From a bacterium (lineage in GTDB: Bacteria > Patescibacteriota > Minisyncoccia > UBA6257 > UBA9933), in the NCBI GenBank assembly GCA_030693235.1, contig JAUYBE010000004.1, forward strand, positions 1 through 59,114: a DNA stretch of 59,114 nucleotides, read 5' to 3'. This document shows positions 19,181-29,201 of the stretch, piece after piece; position 1 is the first letter of the stretch, and every line of letters starts with the position of its first letter. Made by a program: the position numbers and the translations under genes. Under the pieces are notes generated by a model, which made no database searches, was not told where the DNA came from, and worked only from the letters and a program-made list of their open reading frames with translations.

Positions 19181-19921
19181 TTAGCGAATTGCTTCAGCAT
19201 AAACTTTTGTTTTACTGGAATCAATGTCTGTGGTGTTTTTCGGGAAATTAATTTTAAAAAATTTTTCTTCAAAAGCCGGCACATTTTCCAGTTCGGTTTT
19301 TGAGGCGCTTATTAAAATACCGTATTGGTTGTATAGAAATCCGAAAATTCTTATTTTTGACAAACGAAAAGCGTTATTGTTGGTTATAAATCCGCTCACA
19401 GCGGTTGATTCGGTTTTAATTTCTCTTAATTGAGTAATCGGTTTTTTGAATTCTTCGTTTAGTTTCCAGTTGATATTGGAAAAAGAAATTTTAATTTCTT
19501 TAATTTTTTTGGAATCGATTTCAACAGGTTCAACCAGATATTTTATTTCTCCGGCGTAGATGAAAGAATTTTTCATTAAACTTTTGATTTTAACTCCGCC
19601 GTTGTCGTAGACATCAACGGTATAAGAAAAATAATCGGCGGCGTAGTTAAGATTTGAATTTTTTATTTCAGCGGCAATGACAGTTTGGCTGTCGGTCGGA
19701 AAATATTTCAACCAGGAAACTTCAGGGAGGATTAAAGTTTTGATTTCGCAAGCCTGGCAGGGTCCGCCGCAATCAATGCCGGTTTCGCTTTGGTTTTGGC
19801 GGTTGTCAAAACAAGTTGCTGCTGGTTTGAACCAGATTAAATAAATGATAAAAACCATCAAGAAAAGCGCGCTTAAATAACAGGCGGCGTAAAAAATTTG
19901 CTTGGCTAATCGTGAATCCAT
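19181..19921 (-). CDS. membrane-anchored hypothetical protein with Cys-rich 'CFDNRQN..E.GIDCGGPC' motif
   Basis: N-terminal TM, Cys motif, Ig-like beta-rich remainder. Confidence 0.7.
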   Translation of the reverse strand: MDSRLAKQIFYAACYLSALFLMVFIIYLIWFKPAATCFDNRQNQSETGIDCGGPCQACEIKTLILPEVSWLKYFPTDSQTVIAAEIKNSNLNYAADYFSYTVDVYDNGGVKIKSLMKNSFIYAGEIKYLVEPVEIDSKKIKEIKISFSNINWKLNEEFKKPITQLREIKTESTAVSGFITNNNAFRLSKIRIFGFLYNQYGILISASKTELENVPAFEEKFFKINFPKNTTDIDSSKTKVYAEAIR

Positions 19922-20019
19922 TGTTATGATTATAATATAAGAAATCCTCCTCTTCAATCCTTCCCTATAATGGATTTAAATTACCAAACGAGAGCGAAAA
20001 AGACAGAAATGATAACCGC

Positions 20020-20283
20020 TTGATTATTACTATTAAAAAAATTAGAGCGGTTCCTGTGGTCTTAAAACTTTTTTTGGGCGATTGGACAGGAATGTCTACA
20101 CTAGAAGCTGAAATTGATTTTCAACAACAAGGAAATTCAGTTTTTAAATTTCTAATAGAAGGCAGATCAGATGGTCTTGGTACAGGTTCGATTTTTACAA
20201 TGCACAATGCCACAATAAAGGCTGTTTTCAAAATAGCCGCCAAAGAGATTGTAAATGAGTTGCACAAGAGACTACGAAAGTAG
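20020..20283 (+). CDS. hypothetical protein
   Basis: 87-aa ORF with TTG start; no family recognised. Confidence 0.35.
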   Translation: MIITIKKIRAVPVVLKLFLGDWTGMSTLEAEIDFQQQGNSVFKFLIEGRSDGLGTGSIFTMHNATIKAVFKIAAKEIVNELHKRLRK

Positions 20284-20297
20284 TCTCTTTATTTTTG

Positions 20298-20560
20298 TCT
20301 CTATCGAAGTTTCTCTATCGAAGTCTCTATCGAAGTTGAACTTCAATAATCCTCGATAATTTCTATAATTTTAGTCAACAGTCAGATGATCGTCTGACTG
20401 TTGACTAACTATTCTAATCTATCAATATCAGCCGTCGATAGATATCGGCGAGTTAACCGTTTTTACTATCCTATCCTGACGATCGTCCGCGTAGGATAGT
20501 AATGCGTTACGGGGCTTGCCCCGCGACCCCGCAAATAAATTATGCGAGGTTATGCGGGGC
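20298..20560. repeat. cluster of tandem and palindromic repeats upstream of gyrB
   Basis: TCTCTATCGAAGT x3; perfect 16-bp-arm palindrome 20371-20408; 36-bp hairpin 20465-20500; further GC hairpins. Confidence 0.8.
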
Positions 20561-20621
20561 TTGTTTTTTAAACAAATTTTTGGTAGCATAAAAATACCCG
20601 CGAAGGGGTATTTTTCTTACT

Positions 20622-22565
20622 ATGATTAAAAAACCCGTTAAATTGGAAGAAAAAAATAATAATTCCTACGATGCCAAGGATATTTATATTTTAGAAGGTT
20701 TGGATCCGGTAAGAAAAAGACCGGGGATGTATATTGGTTCAACCGGCGTTGACGGCTTGCATCATTTGGTGTGGGAAGTTTGCGACAACTGTTTGGATGA
20801 AGCAATGGGCGGCTACGCCAAAAACATCAGAGTCGAGCTTTTGAAAGACAATAAAGTGGCGATTACCGACGACGGCAGGGGTATTCCGGTTGACATTCAT
20901 CCGCAGACGAAAAAATCCGCGCTTGAAACCGTTATGTGCACTTTACATGCCGGCGGAAAATTCGGCGGTGAGTCTTATAAAGTTTCCGGCGGCTTACACG
21001 GCGTTGGCGTTTCCGTTGTTAACGCTCTGTCGAAATGGTTGCGGGTTGAAGTCTACCGCGATGGAAATCTTTATTCCCAGGAATACGAAAAAGGCAAACC
21101 GAAATACAACGTTAAAAAAGAAGGAAAATGTTCGGCAGGGCAAACTGGCACTAAAGTGATTTTTAGTCCTGACCCGGAAATTTTCGCAAAGATTGAATTT
21201 GACCGCAAGAAAATTTTGGACCATCTTCGCCAGCAGGCTTTTCTTACCAAAGGAATTAAAATTGAAATTATTGACGAGCCGTCTTATTACGCTTTTTATT
21301 TTGAAGGCGGTTTATTATCGTTCGTTGGTTATTTGAATCGTTCCAATCAGCCGATTCAAAAAGAAATTTTTTACATTCAAAAAAATTATGATAATATCGA
21401 AGTGGAAACGGCTTTTATTTACAATCAAGAAATTGAAACTCAGGAATTAAGTTTTGCCAATAATATTTATACGCCGGACGGCGGTATGCATCTGACCGGT
21501 TTTCGTTCGGCTCTAACAAGGACTTTAAACGATTACGCGCGAACGAGCGGTTATCTTAAAGAATCCGAAGAAAATTTTACCGGCGACGATATTCGCGAGG
21601 GTTTGGTGGCGATTGTTTCGGTTAAACTCGCCGAGCCTCAATTTGAAGGCCAAACAAAAGCTCGCTTGGGCAATCCGCCGGCAAGAACAGCCGTGGAAGC
21701 AGTAATCGCGGAAGTCTTAAAAGAATTTTTGGAAAAAAATTCCACGGATGCTCGGGCGATTATTGAGAAATGTCTTTTAACCGCCAAGGCCAGAAAAGCC
21801 GCCAAAGCCGCCAAGGAAACGGTGTTGCGGAAGGGCGTTTTGGAAGGAATGACTTTGCCGGGGAAACTGGCCGATTGTTCAAATCGCGAGCCGGAAGATT
21901 CTGAATTGTTTATTTGCGAGGGCGACAGCGCCGGCGGTTCGATGAAAAGCGCCCGCGATAGAAAATCCCAGGCGATTCTGCCTTTGCGCGGCAAGATTTT
22001 AAACGTTGAAAAATCCCGAATTGACAAAATGCTTTTGAACAAAGAAATTCGTTCTTTGGTTATGGCAATCGGTACCGCCATCGGTGATGAATTTAATATT
22101 GATAAAATAAGATATCATAAAATTATTATCGCCACCGATGCCGATGTTGACGGCGCCCATATTCGGACACTATTGTTGACGCTTTTTTACCGTTATTTCG
22201 TTCAAATAATAGAAAACGGCTATCTTTACATCGCCCAGCCGCCGCTTTTTCGAATCCAACTTGGCAAAGAGATTAAATACGCTTATAATGAAACCGAGAA
22301 AGATAAGATTGTTAAGGAATTGACAACCGGCGGTAAAAAAGAGGCGAGTATTAATCTCCAGCGTTATAAGGGTTTAGGCGAAATGAATCCGGACCAGCTT
22401 TGGGAGACGACTATGGACATGGAAAGGCGTACTCTGAAATTGGTTACCGTTGAAGACGCTCAGGAAGCCGAAAGATTGTTTGATGTTTTGATGGGCGAGC
22501 GGGTCGAACCGCGAAAACATTTTATTCAAAGCCGGGCGACAATGGTGAAGAACCTGGATGTATAA
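20622..22565 (+). CDS. gyrB: DNA gyrase subunit B
   Basis: RKRPGMYIG, LHAGGKF, EGDSAGG, TDADVDG, RYKGLGEMN. Confidence 0.97.
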   Translation: MIKKPVKLEEKNNNSYDAKDIYILEGLDPVRKRPGMYIGSTGVDGLHHLVWEVCDNCLDEAMGGYAKNIRVELLKDNKVAITDDGRGIPVDIHPQTKKSALETVMCTLHAGGKFGGESYKVSGGLHGVGVSVVNALSKWLRVEVYRDGNLYSQEYEKGKPKYNVKKEGKCSAGQTGTKVIFSPDPEIFAKIEFDRKKILDHLRQQAFLTKGIKIEIIDEPSYYAFYFEGGLLSFVGYLNRSNQPIQKEIFYIQKNYDNIEVETAFIYNQEIETQELSFANNIYTPDGGMHLTGFRSALTRTLNDYARTSGYLKESEENFTGDDIREGLVAIVSVKLAEPQFEGQTKARLGNPPARTAVEAVIAEVLKEFLEKNSTDARAIIEKCLLTAKARKAAKAAKETVLRKGVLEGMTLPGKLADCSNREPEDSELFICEGDSAGGSMKSARDRKSQAILPLRGKILNVEKSRIDKMLLNKEIRSLVMAIGTAIGDEFNIDKIRYHKIIIATDADVDGAHIRTLLLTLFYRYFVQIIENGYLYIAQPPLFRIQLGKEIKYAYNETEKDKIVKELTTGGKKEASINLQRYKGLGEMNPDQLWETTMDMERRTLKLVTVEDAQEAERLFDVLMGERVEPRKHFIQSRATMVKNLDV

Positions 22566-22669
22566 AGTTGTAATGATAGAATGTTGTAATGTTTGATGTT
22601 AAACTCAATGACGTAATTATAAACCATTACAACAACTACAGCAACTACAGCAATTATAACAATAAGATA

Positions 22670-22855
22670 ATGCTTTCTAAATTAAAATCTTATATCCAAG
22701 ATTCCTATCGAGAATTTCATCGGGTTAATTGGCCAACGCGAAAAGAAACTACGCGGCTGGTTTTAATTGTAATCGGTTTATCGATAGGAGTGGCGATTTT
22801 TTTAGGCGTTTTAGATATGACGTTTGTTTATTTGTTGGAAAAGTTTCTTATTTAA
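22670..22855 (+). CDS. secE: preprotein translocase SecE
   Basis: 'E..RVNWPTRKET', single TM, precedes nusG. Confidence 0.92.
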   Translation: MLSKLKSYIQDSYREFHRVNWPTRKETTRLVLIVIGLSIGVAIFLGVLDMTFVYLLEKFLI

Positions 22856-22933
22856 GGTTCATAATGTTTGTAAAGTTTGAAGAATTTAACTTTATAACTT
22901 TCAACTTTATAAACTTTTAACTTAAATTTATTT

Positions 22934-23491
22934 ATGGAACAATCAAGAGAGCTGAAAAAGAAGGGTGAACGGCACTGGTATGCGATTCATACTTATTCCG
23001 GCTACGAAGACGCCGTGGCGCGTTATTTAAACCAAAGGATTGACTCTTTGGCGATGAATGATAAGATTTTCAATGTTCTCGTTCCCAAGGAAAAGAAAAT
23101 TAAAATCAAGAATGGCAAGCGGAAAGCGGTTGAAGAAAAAATTTATCACGGATATGTTTTGGTTGATATGATTATGGACGAGGATTCTTGGTATGTTGTC
23201 AGGAATACGCCGCGGGTTACCGGTTTTGTCGGTCCCGATCCGACCGAACCAACCCCGCTTTCCAAAGAAGAAATCGAATCTTTGATGAGCCGGATGAAAG
23301 GCGAAGAAACGAAATTCAAGATTGAATTTCAGATGGGCGAAACGGTGAAAATTATTGACGGCCCGTTCAAAGATTATGAAGGAAAAATTGCCGAAGTGGA
23401 CGAAGACCGCGGTAAATTAAAAATAATGGTGCCGATATTTGGAAGAGAGACGTCAGTAGAATTGGATTCGTTGCAAGTACAAAAGATTTAA
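22934..23491 (+). CDS. nusG: transcription factor NusG
   Basis: WYAIHTYSGYE, VRNTPRVTGF, KOW GPFKD, IFGRET.VEL. Confidence 0.97.
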   Translation: MEQSRELKKKGERHWYAIHTYSGYEDAVARYLNQRIDSLAMNDKIFNVLVPKEKKIKIKNGKRKAVEEKIYHGYVLVDMIMDEDSWYVVRNTPRVTGFVGPDPTEPTPLSKEEIESLMSRMKGEETKFKIEFQMGETVKIIDGPFKDYEGKIAEVDEDRGKLKIMVPIFGRETSVELDSLQVQKI

Positions 23492-23555
23492 TTTTAAAAA
23501 ATTAAATCTTAATTAAGAATTTAGAATTCTGAATTAGCGAAGCTTAAAGCGAACT

Positions 23556-23978
23556 ATGAAGCTAATCAAAACAATTATAAAATTACAGATTCCCGCCGGG
23601 GCCGCCAACCCGGCGCCGCCGGTCGGTCCGGCTTTGGGACAGCACGGCATAAATATCGCGCAGTTTTGCCAGCAATTTAACGAAGCCACCAAGGAAATGA
23701 CCGGCAATATCATTCCGGCAGAAATAACGATTTATCAAGACCGGACTTTTGAATTTAAATTAAAAACTTCGCCGGTTTCGGATTTATTGCGGAAAGCCGC
23801 CGGCATTGAAAAAGGTTCGGGCGATCCGTTAAAAAATAAAGCGGGAAAAGTTACTAAAGCCCAGATTCACGAAATCGCGGAAAAGAAAATGGTTGATTTA
23901 AACGCCAATGACATTGAAGCGGCAGAGAAAATAATTGAAGGAAGCGCGAGGAGTATGGGGATTGAAATAATAGAATAG
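23556..23978 (+). CDS. rplK: 50S ribosomal protein L11
   Basis: [21 protein letters not shown]. Confidence 0.98.
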   Translation: MKLIKTIIKLQIPAGAANPAPPVGPALGQHGINIAQFCQQFNEATKEMTGNIIPAEITIYQDRTFEFKLKTSPVSDLLRKAAGIEKGSGDPLKNKAGKVTKAQIHEIAEKKMVDLNANDIEAAEKIIEGSARSMGIEIIE

Positions 23979-23995
23979 AAACTTAAAAATTTTAT

Positions 23996-24025
23996 AAAAA
24001 GAGGTGGCATAAGCCGCCTCTTTTT
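23996..24025 (+). terminator. intrinsic terminator after rplK
   Basis: AAAAAGAGGTGGC-ATAA-GCCGCCTCTTTTT. Confidence 0.75.
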
Positions 24026-24039
24026 ATTATAATTATAGT

Positions 24040-25593
24040 ATGTATCAACTCACCATCGGCCTCGAAATTCACGTTGAACTTAAGACTAAAACTAAGATGT
24101 TTTGCGGTTGTCTTAATGACTCTGATGAAAAACATCCAAATATCAATATCTGCCCGATTTGTGTTGGCCATCCGGGAACACTCCCGACTATTAATAAAAA
24201 AGCCGTGGAAGCGGTTTTGAAACTGGGTTTGGCGTTGAATTCGGAAATTCCTAAAATTTCCAAATTTGATAGAAAAAATTATTTTTATCCGGATTTGCCG
24301 AAAGGCTATCAAATTTCGCAGTACGATAAACCCTTAACAATCGGCGGTGAATTAAATGGCGTCAAAATTACAAGAATTCATTTAGAAGAAGATACGGCGC
24401 GGCTTGTTCATTCGCCGGCCGGCAAATCTTCATTGGTTGATTTTAATCGCGCCGGAGTTCCATTAATGGAATTGGTTACCGAGCCGGACATTAAAAGCGG
24501 CAAAGAAGCTGTGGCTTTTGCCAAAGAATTGCAATTGATTTTAAGATATCTGGATATTTCCAGAGCAGATATGGAAAAAGGGCAGATGAGAATTGAAGCG
24601 AACATTTCGCTTCGCGAAATGCGCGAAACTGACGCAAAACAAGACGCGAAACTACGCGAAACCGATTTGGGGACAAAAGTTGAAATAAAAAATCTCAATT
24701 CGTTTCGGGCAGTGGAAGAGGCGGTAGATTACGAAATCAAAAGACAAGCCGAAGTTTTAGAAAGCGGTAAAAAAGTCATTCACGAAACTCGCGGTTGGGA
24801 TGAATTTGAAAAGAAAACAAAACATCAGCGTCTGAAAGAAAAATCTCATGACTATCGTTATTTTCCGGAGCCGGACTTGCCCATTTTGTCGCTGAGACCG
24901 AGCGAAAGCGAGGTTGAAGCGGTACAAAATGGAGCACCCCGCCCTTTTTATCAAAAGGGCGGGGTAGCCGCATTTGATTTGGAAAAATTAAAAGCTGAAA
25001 TTCCCGAATTGCCTGCTCAAAAACGTCGGCGAATATTAGCCGAATTTATTTTGAAACCGGAACAAGCGGAAATTCTCGTTGAAGACAGAAGCGCGGCCCA
25101 ATATTTTGAAGAGGCGGCTTCGGAATTAATCGCGGAACTACGCGGAACTGACGCGGAAAAACGCGGACAAGAAGCAATCAATACGCTTTATAATTATTTA
25201 ACGAGTGATATTAAAGGCCTGATGAATGAACAGAAAATAGCTATCAAAGAATTAAATATCTCGCCGGAAAATTTTGCCGATTTAATGGTTTTGATAATTA
25301 AAAATGAAATTTCCAGTCGTTCGGCAAAAGATATTTTAAAGGAAATGTTTTTGACCGGGCTTGATCCGAAGCAGATTATTCAGGAGAAAGGATTGAAACA
25401 AATTTCCGACGAGGAAGTTATTAAAAAAGCCATTCAGGAAGTCGTTGATGAAAATCCTAAAGCGATTGAAGACTATAAAAAAGGCAAAGAAACCGCTTTG
25501 CAGTTTTTAATCGGCCAGGCAATGGCAAAACTTAAAGGCCAAGCCAATCCCGACATATTGCGACAGCTTTTTTCGGATTATCTATCCAAATAA
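24040..25593 (+). CDS. gatB: Asp/Glu-tRNA amidotransferase subunit B
   Basis: IGLEIHVEL, KNYFYPDLPKGYQISQ, RIHLEED, DYRYFPEPDL. Confidence 0.97.
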   Translation: MYQLTIGLEIHVELKTKTKMFCGCLNDSDEKHPNINICPICVGHPGTLPTINKKAVEAVLKLGLALNSEIPKISKFDRKNYFYPDLPKGYQISQYDKPLTIGGELNGVKITRIHLEEDTARLVHSPAGKSSLVDFNRAGVPLMELVTEPDIKSGKEAVAFAKELQLILRYLDISRADMEKGQMRIEANISLREMRETDAKQDAKLRETDLGTKVEIKNLNSFRAVEEAVDYEIKRQAEVLESGKKVIHETRGWDEFEKKTKHQRLKEKSHDYRYFPEPDLPILSLRPSESEVEAVQNGAPRPFYQKGGVAAFDLEKLKAEIPELPAQKRRRILAEFILKPEQAEILVEDRSAAQYFEEAASELIAELRGTDAEKRGQEAINTLYNYLTSDIKGLMNEQKIAIKELNISPENFADLMVLIIKNEISSRSAKDILKEMFLTGLDPKQIIQEKGLKQISDEEVIKKAIQEVVDENPKAIEDYKKGKETALQFLIGQAMAKLKGQANPDILRQLFSDYLSK

Positions 25594-26503
25594 TATTTTT
25601 ATCTCTCTTGAACCAAGTCATTTGGCGTTTGGTGTAGCGGTAAGATTCTTTTAATATCAGTTTAATCATTTCTTTTTTATTTATCAGACCGCGGAGATAG
25701 CGCGCGATATAGCGATATTCCAGTCCCAAGTCGTCCAATCTTTTCCAGCTCAGGCCTTTTTTAAAACGGAGATTTTTTACTTCCTCAATCATTCCGATTT
25801 TCAGGCGTTTTAATAATCTTTTTTTAATCATTTTTTTTAATTCTTCCGGCGATTTTGTGATACCGATTTTCAAAATATCGAAATTACTATTCTTTCCTGA
25901 CGATCGTCCGCATAGGATAGTAAGCGAGGGGATTGGTTTGCGGGTTGTTAAAATAATTTCCAAAGCGCGGATAAGCCGGCGGCGGTTATGTTTATCAATA
26001 TTTTTCGCTCGTCGCGGGTCAAGCTTTTTGAGTTGCTTAAAAAGATCTTCGGCGGATTTTTTCTCCAATTGTTTTCTTAATTTTGGCTGGGGCGGCACTT
26101 TTGGAAATTGATAATCATAAATTAGCGCGTCAATATACAACCCCGTTCCGCCGCAGATAATCGGAATTTTTCCATTTTTGATAATTTTTTTGAGCGCTTT
26201 TTTGGCGAGTTTCTGATATTGGGCGACTGTAAAAGTTTTTTTCGGCGAAGCCACATCCAAAAGATGATGAATAATCCCTTTGTAAATATATAGAGGTTCA
26301 ACCTCCATAAGGGGGTTGAATCTCCTAAATATTGAATCCCGCGGCACCTTTCCAGAGCCAATATCCAGTTCGCGATAAACCTGCCTTGAATCAGCGGAAA
26401 TTATTTCGCCGTTATATTTTTTGGCCAGTTGAACGGCTAATTCCGATTTACCGGAAGCAGTCGGCCCAAGGATGACAACAAGTTTTTGTTTGGCGTTTAT
26501 CAC
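25532..26503 (-). CDS. miaA: tRNA dimethylallyltransferase
   Basis: GPTASGKS, SADSRQVY, GGTGLY, RYTKRQ.TWF. Confidence 0.96.
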   Translation of the reverse strand: MINAKQKLVVILGPTASGKSELAVQLAKKYNGEIISADSRQVYRELDIGSGKVPRDSIFRRFNPLMEVEPLYIYKGIIHHLLDVASPKKTFTVAQYQKLAKKALKKIIKNGKIPIICGGTGLYIDALIYDYQFPKVPPQPKLRKQLEKKSAEDLFKQLKKLDPRRAKNIDKHNRRRLIRALEIILTTRKPIPSLTILCGRSSGKNSNFDILKIGITKSPEELKKMIKKRLLKRLKIGMIEEVKNLRFKKGLSWKRLDDLGLEYRYIARYLRGLINKKEMIKLILKESYRYTKRQMTWFKRDKNIIWIDNPKKAVAICRDWLGL

Positions 26504-26507
26504 CGTA

Positions 26508-27323
26508 TTATTCCAGTGGGCTTTTAATATTTTTAATCGCCGGATTGGTAACTTTTGTGTATAACTGCGTTGTTCTGATATTTTGATGTCCTAATAGTTC
26601 CTGCACATAGCGCACATCAACGCCATTTTCAAGCAGGTGAGTGGCAAAACTGTGTCTTAAAGAATGAAAAGTCGCATCTTTTTGTATATTCGTTTTTCTT
26701 AAAGCGTTTTCAAAAACTTTCTGCGCCGTTCGTTCGGTCAATTTTCCACCGCGCTCGCTTGAGAATAAATAATCATTTCCTGGCCTATTGGCAATTAAAT
26801 TTATAATATCGTTTTTTATCTTTTTTGGGAAAATCGTAATTCTGTCTTTATTTCCTTTTGCGCCTTTTAAATGAATTGTCAGTTCTTCTAAGTCAATATC
26901 TTTTATTTTTAGATTTATCGCTTCACTTACTCGCAGTCCGGAGGCGTAAGCGAGAGAAATTAAGAGCCGGTGTTTCGCGTTCGCGATCCCGCCTATTATA
27001 ATTTGAATTTCGCTTCTTGAAAGAACGACAGGCAATTTGCCGGCGGTTTTCGCGAATTTAAGATTAATTTGACTGTTTGATTTGATAATATCAGAATAAA
27101 AAAATTTTATTGAGTGAAGATAAACATTTATCGTGTTTGAGGAAAGACCGCTCTCTTTCTTTTTCAATAAAAACCCTCTGATAAAATCAATATCAACTTT
27201 TTCAAAATTGTCTTTCTTCGCTCTTAAATAATAATCCAAGCACCCAAGATAACTCTTAATGGTTTTGGGACTATAATTTCTCATTTTTAATTCGTTTTCA
27301 ACTTGTTTTAAGTATTTTTCCAT
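26508..27323 (-). CDS. IntI-like tyrosine recombinase lacking the integron-specific insertion
   Basis: SAM-like N-domain (LKMRNYS.KT..SY), YASGLR, GAKG.KDR, HSLRHSFATHLL..G.D.R.VQELLGH..I.TT.LY; only 271 aa. Confidence 0.92.
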   Translation of the reverse strand: MEKYLKQVENELKMRNYSPKTIKSYLGCLDYYLRAKKDNFEKVDIDFIRGFLLKKKESGLSSNTINVYLHSIKFFYSDIIKSNSQINLKFAKTAGKLPVVLSRSEIQIIIGGIANAKHRLLISLAYASGLRVSEAINLKIKDIDLEELTIHLKGAKGNKDRITIFPKKIKNDIINLIANRPGNDYLFSSERGGKLTERTAQKVFENALRKTNIQKDATFHSLRHSFATHLLENGVDVRYVQELLGHQNIRTTQLYTKVTNPAIKNIKSPLE

Positions 27324-27356
27324 GATAGTATTTGATCGGTCGATAACATTAATTAA

Positions 27357-27385
27357 ATTTTACGACGACTTCAGATAAAATGCAA
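27357..27385 (-). promoter_or_regulatory. putative sigma-70 promoter of the integrase
   Basis: Minus strand TTGCAT-N17-TAAAAT ending 33 nt upstream of the ATG. Confidence 0.5.
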
Positions 27386-27433
27386 GTTTACGTATATTGT
27401 GCGAAAACACGTCGTCTTTAAACGAGTTATGTG
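27365..27433 (+). other. putative attI-like primary site
   Basis: Degenerate right-half att sequence CTTCAGATAAAATGC...TTGTGCGAAA, then GTTATGTG (27426), which is complementary to CACATAAC at the end of cassette 1. Confidence 0.5.
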
Positions 27434-27519
27434 AAATAATAAAAAATTCTTTTCGCCCTGCGGGTCGATTAAATCGGGGCAAATTTATTTTTTATTTTTA
27501 CATAGCTCACAACAAAACT

Positions 27520-28017
27520 ATGAAAGAAAAATACATTCCATCTTTGGAGGAAGTAAAAAAATCCGAGGAAATGATGTCGCAAGAGGAAAAGAAAATGAGC
27601 GAAGAAAGAGAAGCAACATTCGAAAAAGGTTATAAGGAAGGTGTCAAGAAGGCATACTCAGAGATTGCTTCAAGCATTACTTCCAAACTTGATAATATTA
27701 CAAATCGTGAGAAGCTTGATGAGTTGTATAAATTGCCGTCATTGGCAGGGAGTCAAGAAAGTGAAAAATTGGAGATTGAAGAAAAAGCTCGGGTATTAAA
27801 AGAAGAAATTAAGAAAATGAAAATCGAGGGAGGTATGTATGACGGAGACATAATTGAGATAACGCTTTCAACTGGCGGAGTTGTTAGGGGGATGTTTTTT
27901 GAGGTTGATATCAATTCTGGAGTTATCCGTCTAAATGAAAGAGAGGGTTCAGGTGATATGATACCCATCAGGTTAGTTGAAAAAGTTAGATCACTAGAGG
28001 ATAAAAATAAAAAATAA
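27520..28017 (+). CDS. cassette 1: hypothetical protein, possible C-terminal Sm/LSm-like domain
   Basis: Coiled N-terminus; 'GDIIEITLSTGGVVRGMFFEVD..G.IRL' resembles Sm1 motif. Confidence 0.6.
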   Translation: MKEKYIPSLEEVKKSEEMMSQEEKKMSEEREATFEKGYKEGVKKAYSEIASSITSKLDNITNREKLDELYKLPSLAGSQESEKLEIEEKARVLKEEIKKMKIEGGMYDGDIIEITLSTGGVVRGMFFEVDINSGVIRLNEREGSGDMIPIRLVEKVRSLEDKNKK

Positions 28018-28071
28018 ATTTGCCCCGATTTATTTTCGCTTAATCAGCGAAAAAGAATTTTTTATTACATC

Positions 28072-28268
28072 ACATAACAACGCATATCTGGCTACATCCC
28101 GCCCTTCATTTTATATAAATCAAGGAATGGCGGGACTCCGCCCAAATTTTCATCCCTTAGTTCGATGAAGATTTAGGCGGAGATAATTAAACAAAGCATT
28201 GTCTGAAATCAAAAAGTTTATCCTGCTAAGTCGTGATGAAAACTTCAGATGATGCGTAAACGTTGTGC
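28072..28268 (+). repeat. attC-like site 1 (197 bp)
   Basis: ACATAAC-AACGCATATCTG...CCCAAAT...AAAACTTCAGATGATGCGTAAAC-GTTGTGC. Confidence 0.85.
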
Positions 28269-28311
28269 GAAATCCGCATTTGCCCTAGTGCTAAAAATAA
28301 CATTCAACAAT

Positions 28312-28890
28312 ATGACAACGAAAAACTGTATAATAATTCATGGATGCCCCTCTGACGCAGAAAAAGCAATGGATACTAAAACAAGAACCTACGATAAGCA
28401 TTGGATTCCGTGGACTAAAAGAAATCTTATTGCAAAAAACATAGAAACGGAAACTCCTCTCATGCCCTCGCCTTGGCAACCTGATTATGAAAAATTTAAA
28501 GCTGAGTTCGAAAAATATGCTGTCGGCGAAAACACAATCTTGGTTGGACATAGTTGCGGTTGTGCATTTTTGGTTCGCTGGCTTGGTGAGACAAAGACCA
28601 AAATTTTTAAACTTTTTTTAGTCGCACCGTGGAAAATTCCGCAGGAAAAAAGAAATGGCGCTGATGTGGATTTTTACACTTATCTCATTGATCCGACAAT
28701 AAAAGATAGGGTCGCTAAAATCGTAATGTTTACCGCCGATGACGAAGAGGGTGACGGCAAAAAAAGTTTAAAAATTTTTCATGATGTGCTTGGCGGCGAA
28801 ATTATTGAGTTGCCAGGACGAGGGCATTATTGTTTGGGTGATATGAAAACCGAGGAGTTTCCTGAATTATTAGAAAAGATTTTGCAATAA
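28312..28890 (+). CDS. cassette 2: RBBP9/YdeN-family alpha/beta hydrolase
   Basis: IIIHG, W.PW, LVGHSCG nucleophile elbow, LVAP, DD, GH. Confidence 0.9.
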   Translation: MTTKNCIIIHGCPSDAEKAMDTKTRTYDKHWIPWTKRNLIAKNIETETPLMPSPWQPDYEKFKAEFEKYAVGENTILVGHSCGCAFLVRWLGETKTKIFKLFLVAPWKIPQEKRNGADVDFYTYLIDPTIKDRVAKIVMFTADDEEGDGKKSLKIFHDVLGGEIIELPGRGHYCLGDMKTEEFPELLEKILQ

Positions 28891-28935
28891 GATTTCGGGG
28901 CATCCTTAAATCACGGACGGGCAAATGCGGACATC

Positions 28936-29063
28936 GCATAACACGGCATATCTGGCTCGGAAATTTCACACTTTATAATAAATTAAGGAAAGTGAAATTT
29001 CCTCTCCCAAATTTTTGTTCCGTTTCACTACACAAAAACTTCAGATATCGCGAAACGTTAGGC
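28936..29063 (+). repeat. attC-like site 2 (128 bp)
   Basis: GCATAAC-ACGGCATATCTG...CCCAAAT...AAAACTTCAGATATCGCGAAAC-GTTAGGC. Confidence 0.85.
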
Positions 29064-29201
29064 GACATATTTTTGAAAAATTTGTTAATTGAAATGTTTT
29101 TGGTGGGCTTTAAGAAATAAGGAATTTGATTTTTTTACTATATTTAGTATAATAAGGGGTAATAGAATGATTTATAAATTTTAATTTTTAAAATAACCAT
29201 T

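Noticed and set aside
20284-20621. Replication origin upstream of gyrB
   Set aside because: No cluster of DnaA boxes (TTATCCACA-like) seen and no dnaA/dnaN nearby.
23556-24040. rplK not followed by rplA
   Set aside because: Operon breakage is common in reduced genomes; nothing in this window suggests more than rearrangement.
25532-25593. 62-bp convergent overlap of gatB and miaA
   Set aside because: Ordinary tail-to-tail overlap in a compact genome; no further signal.
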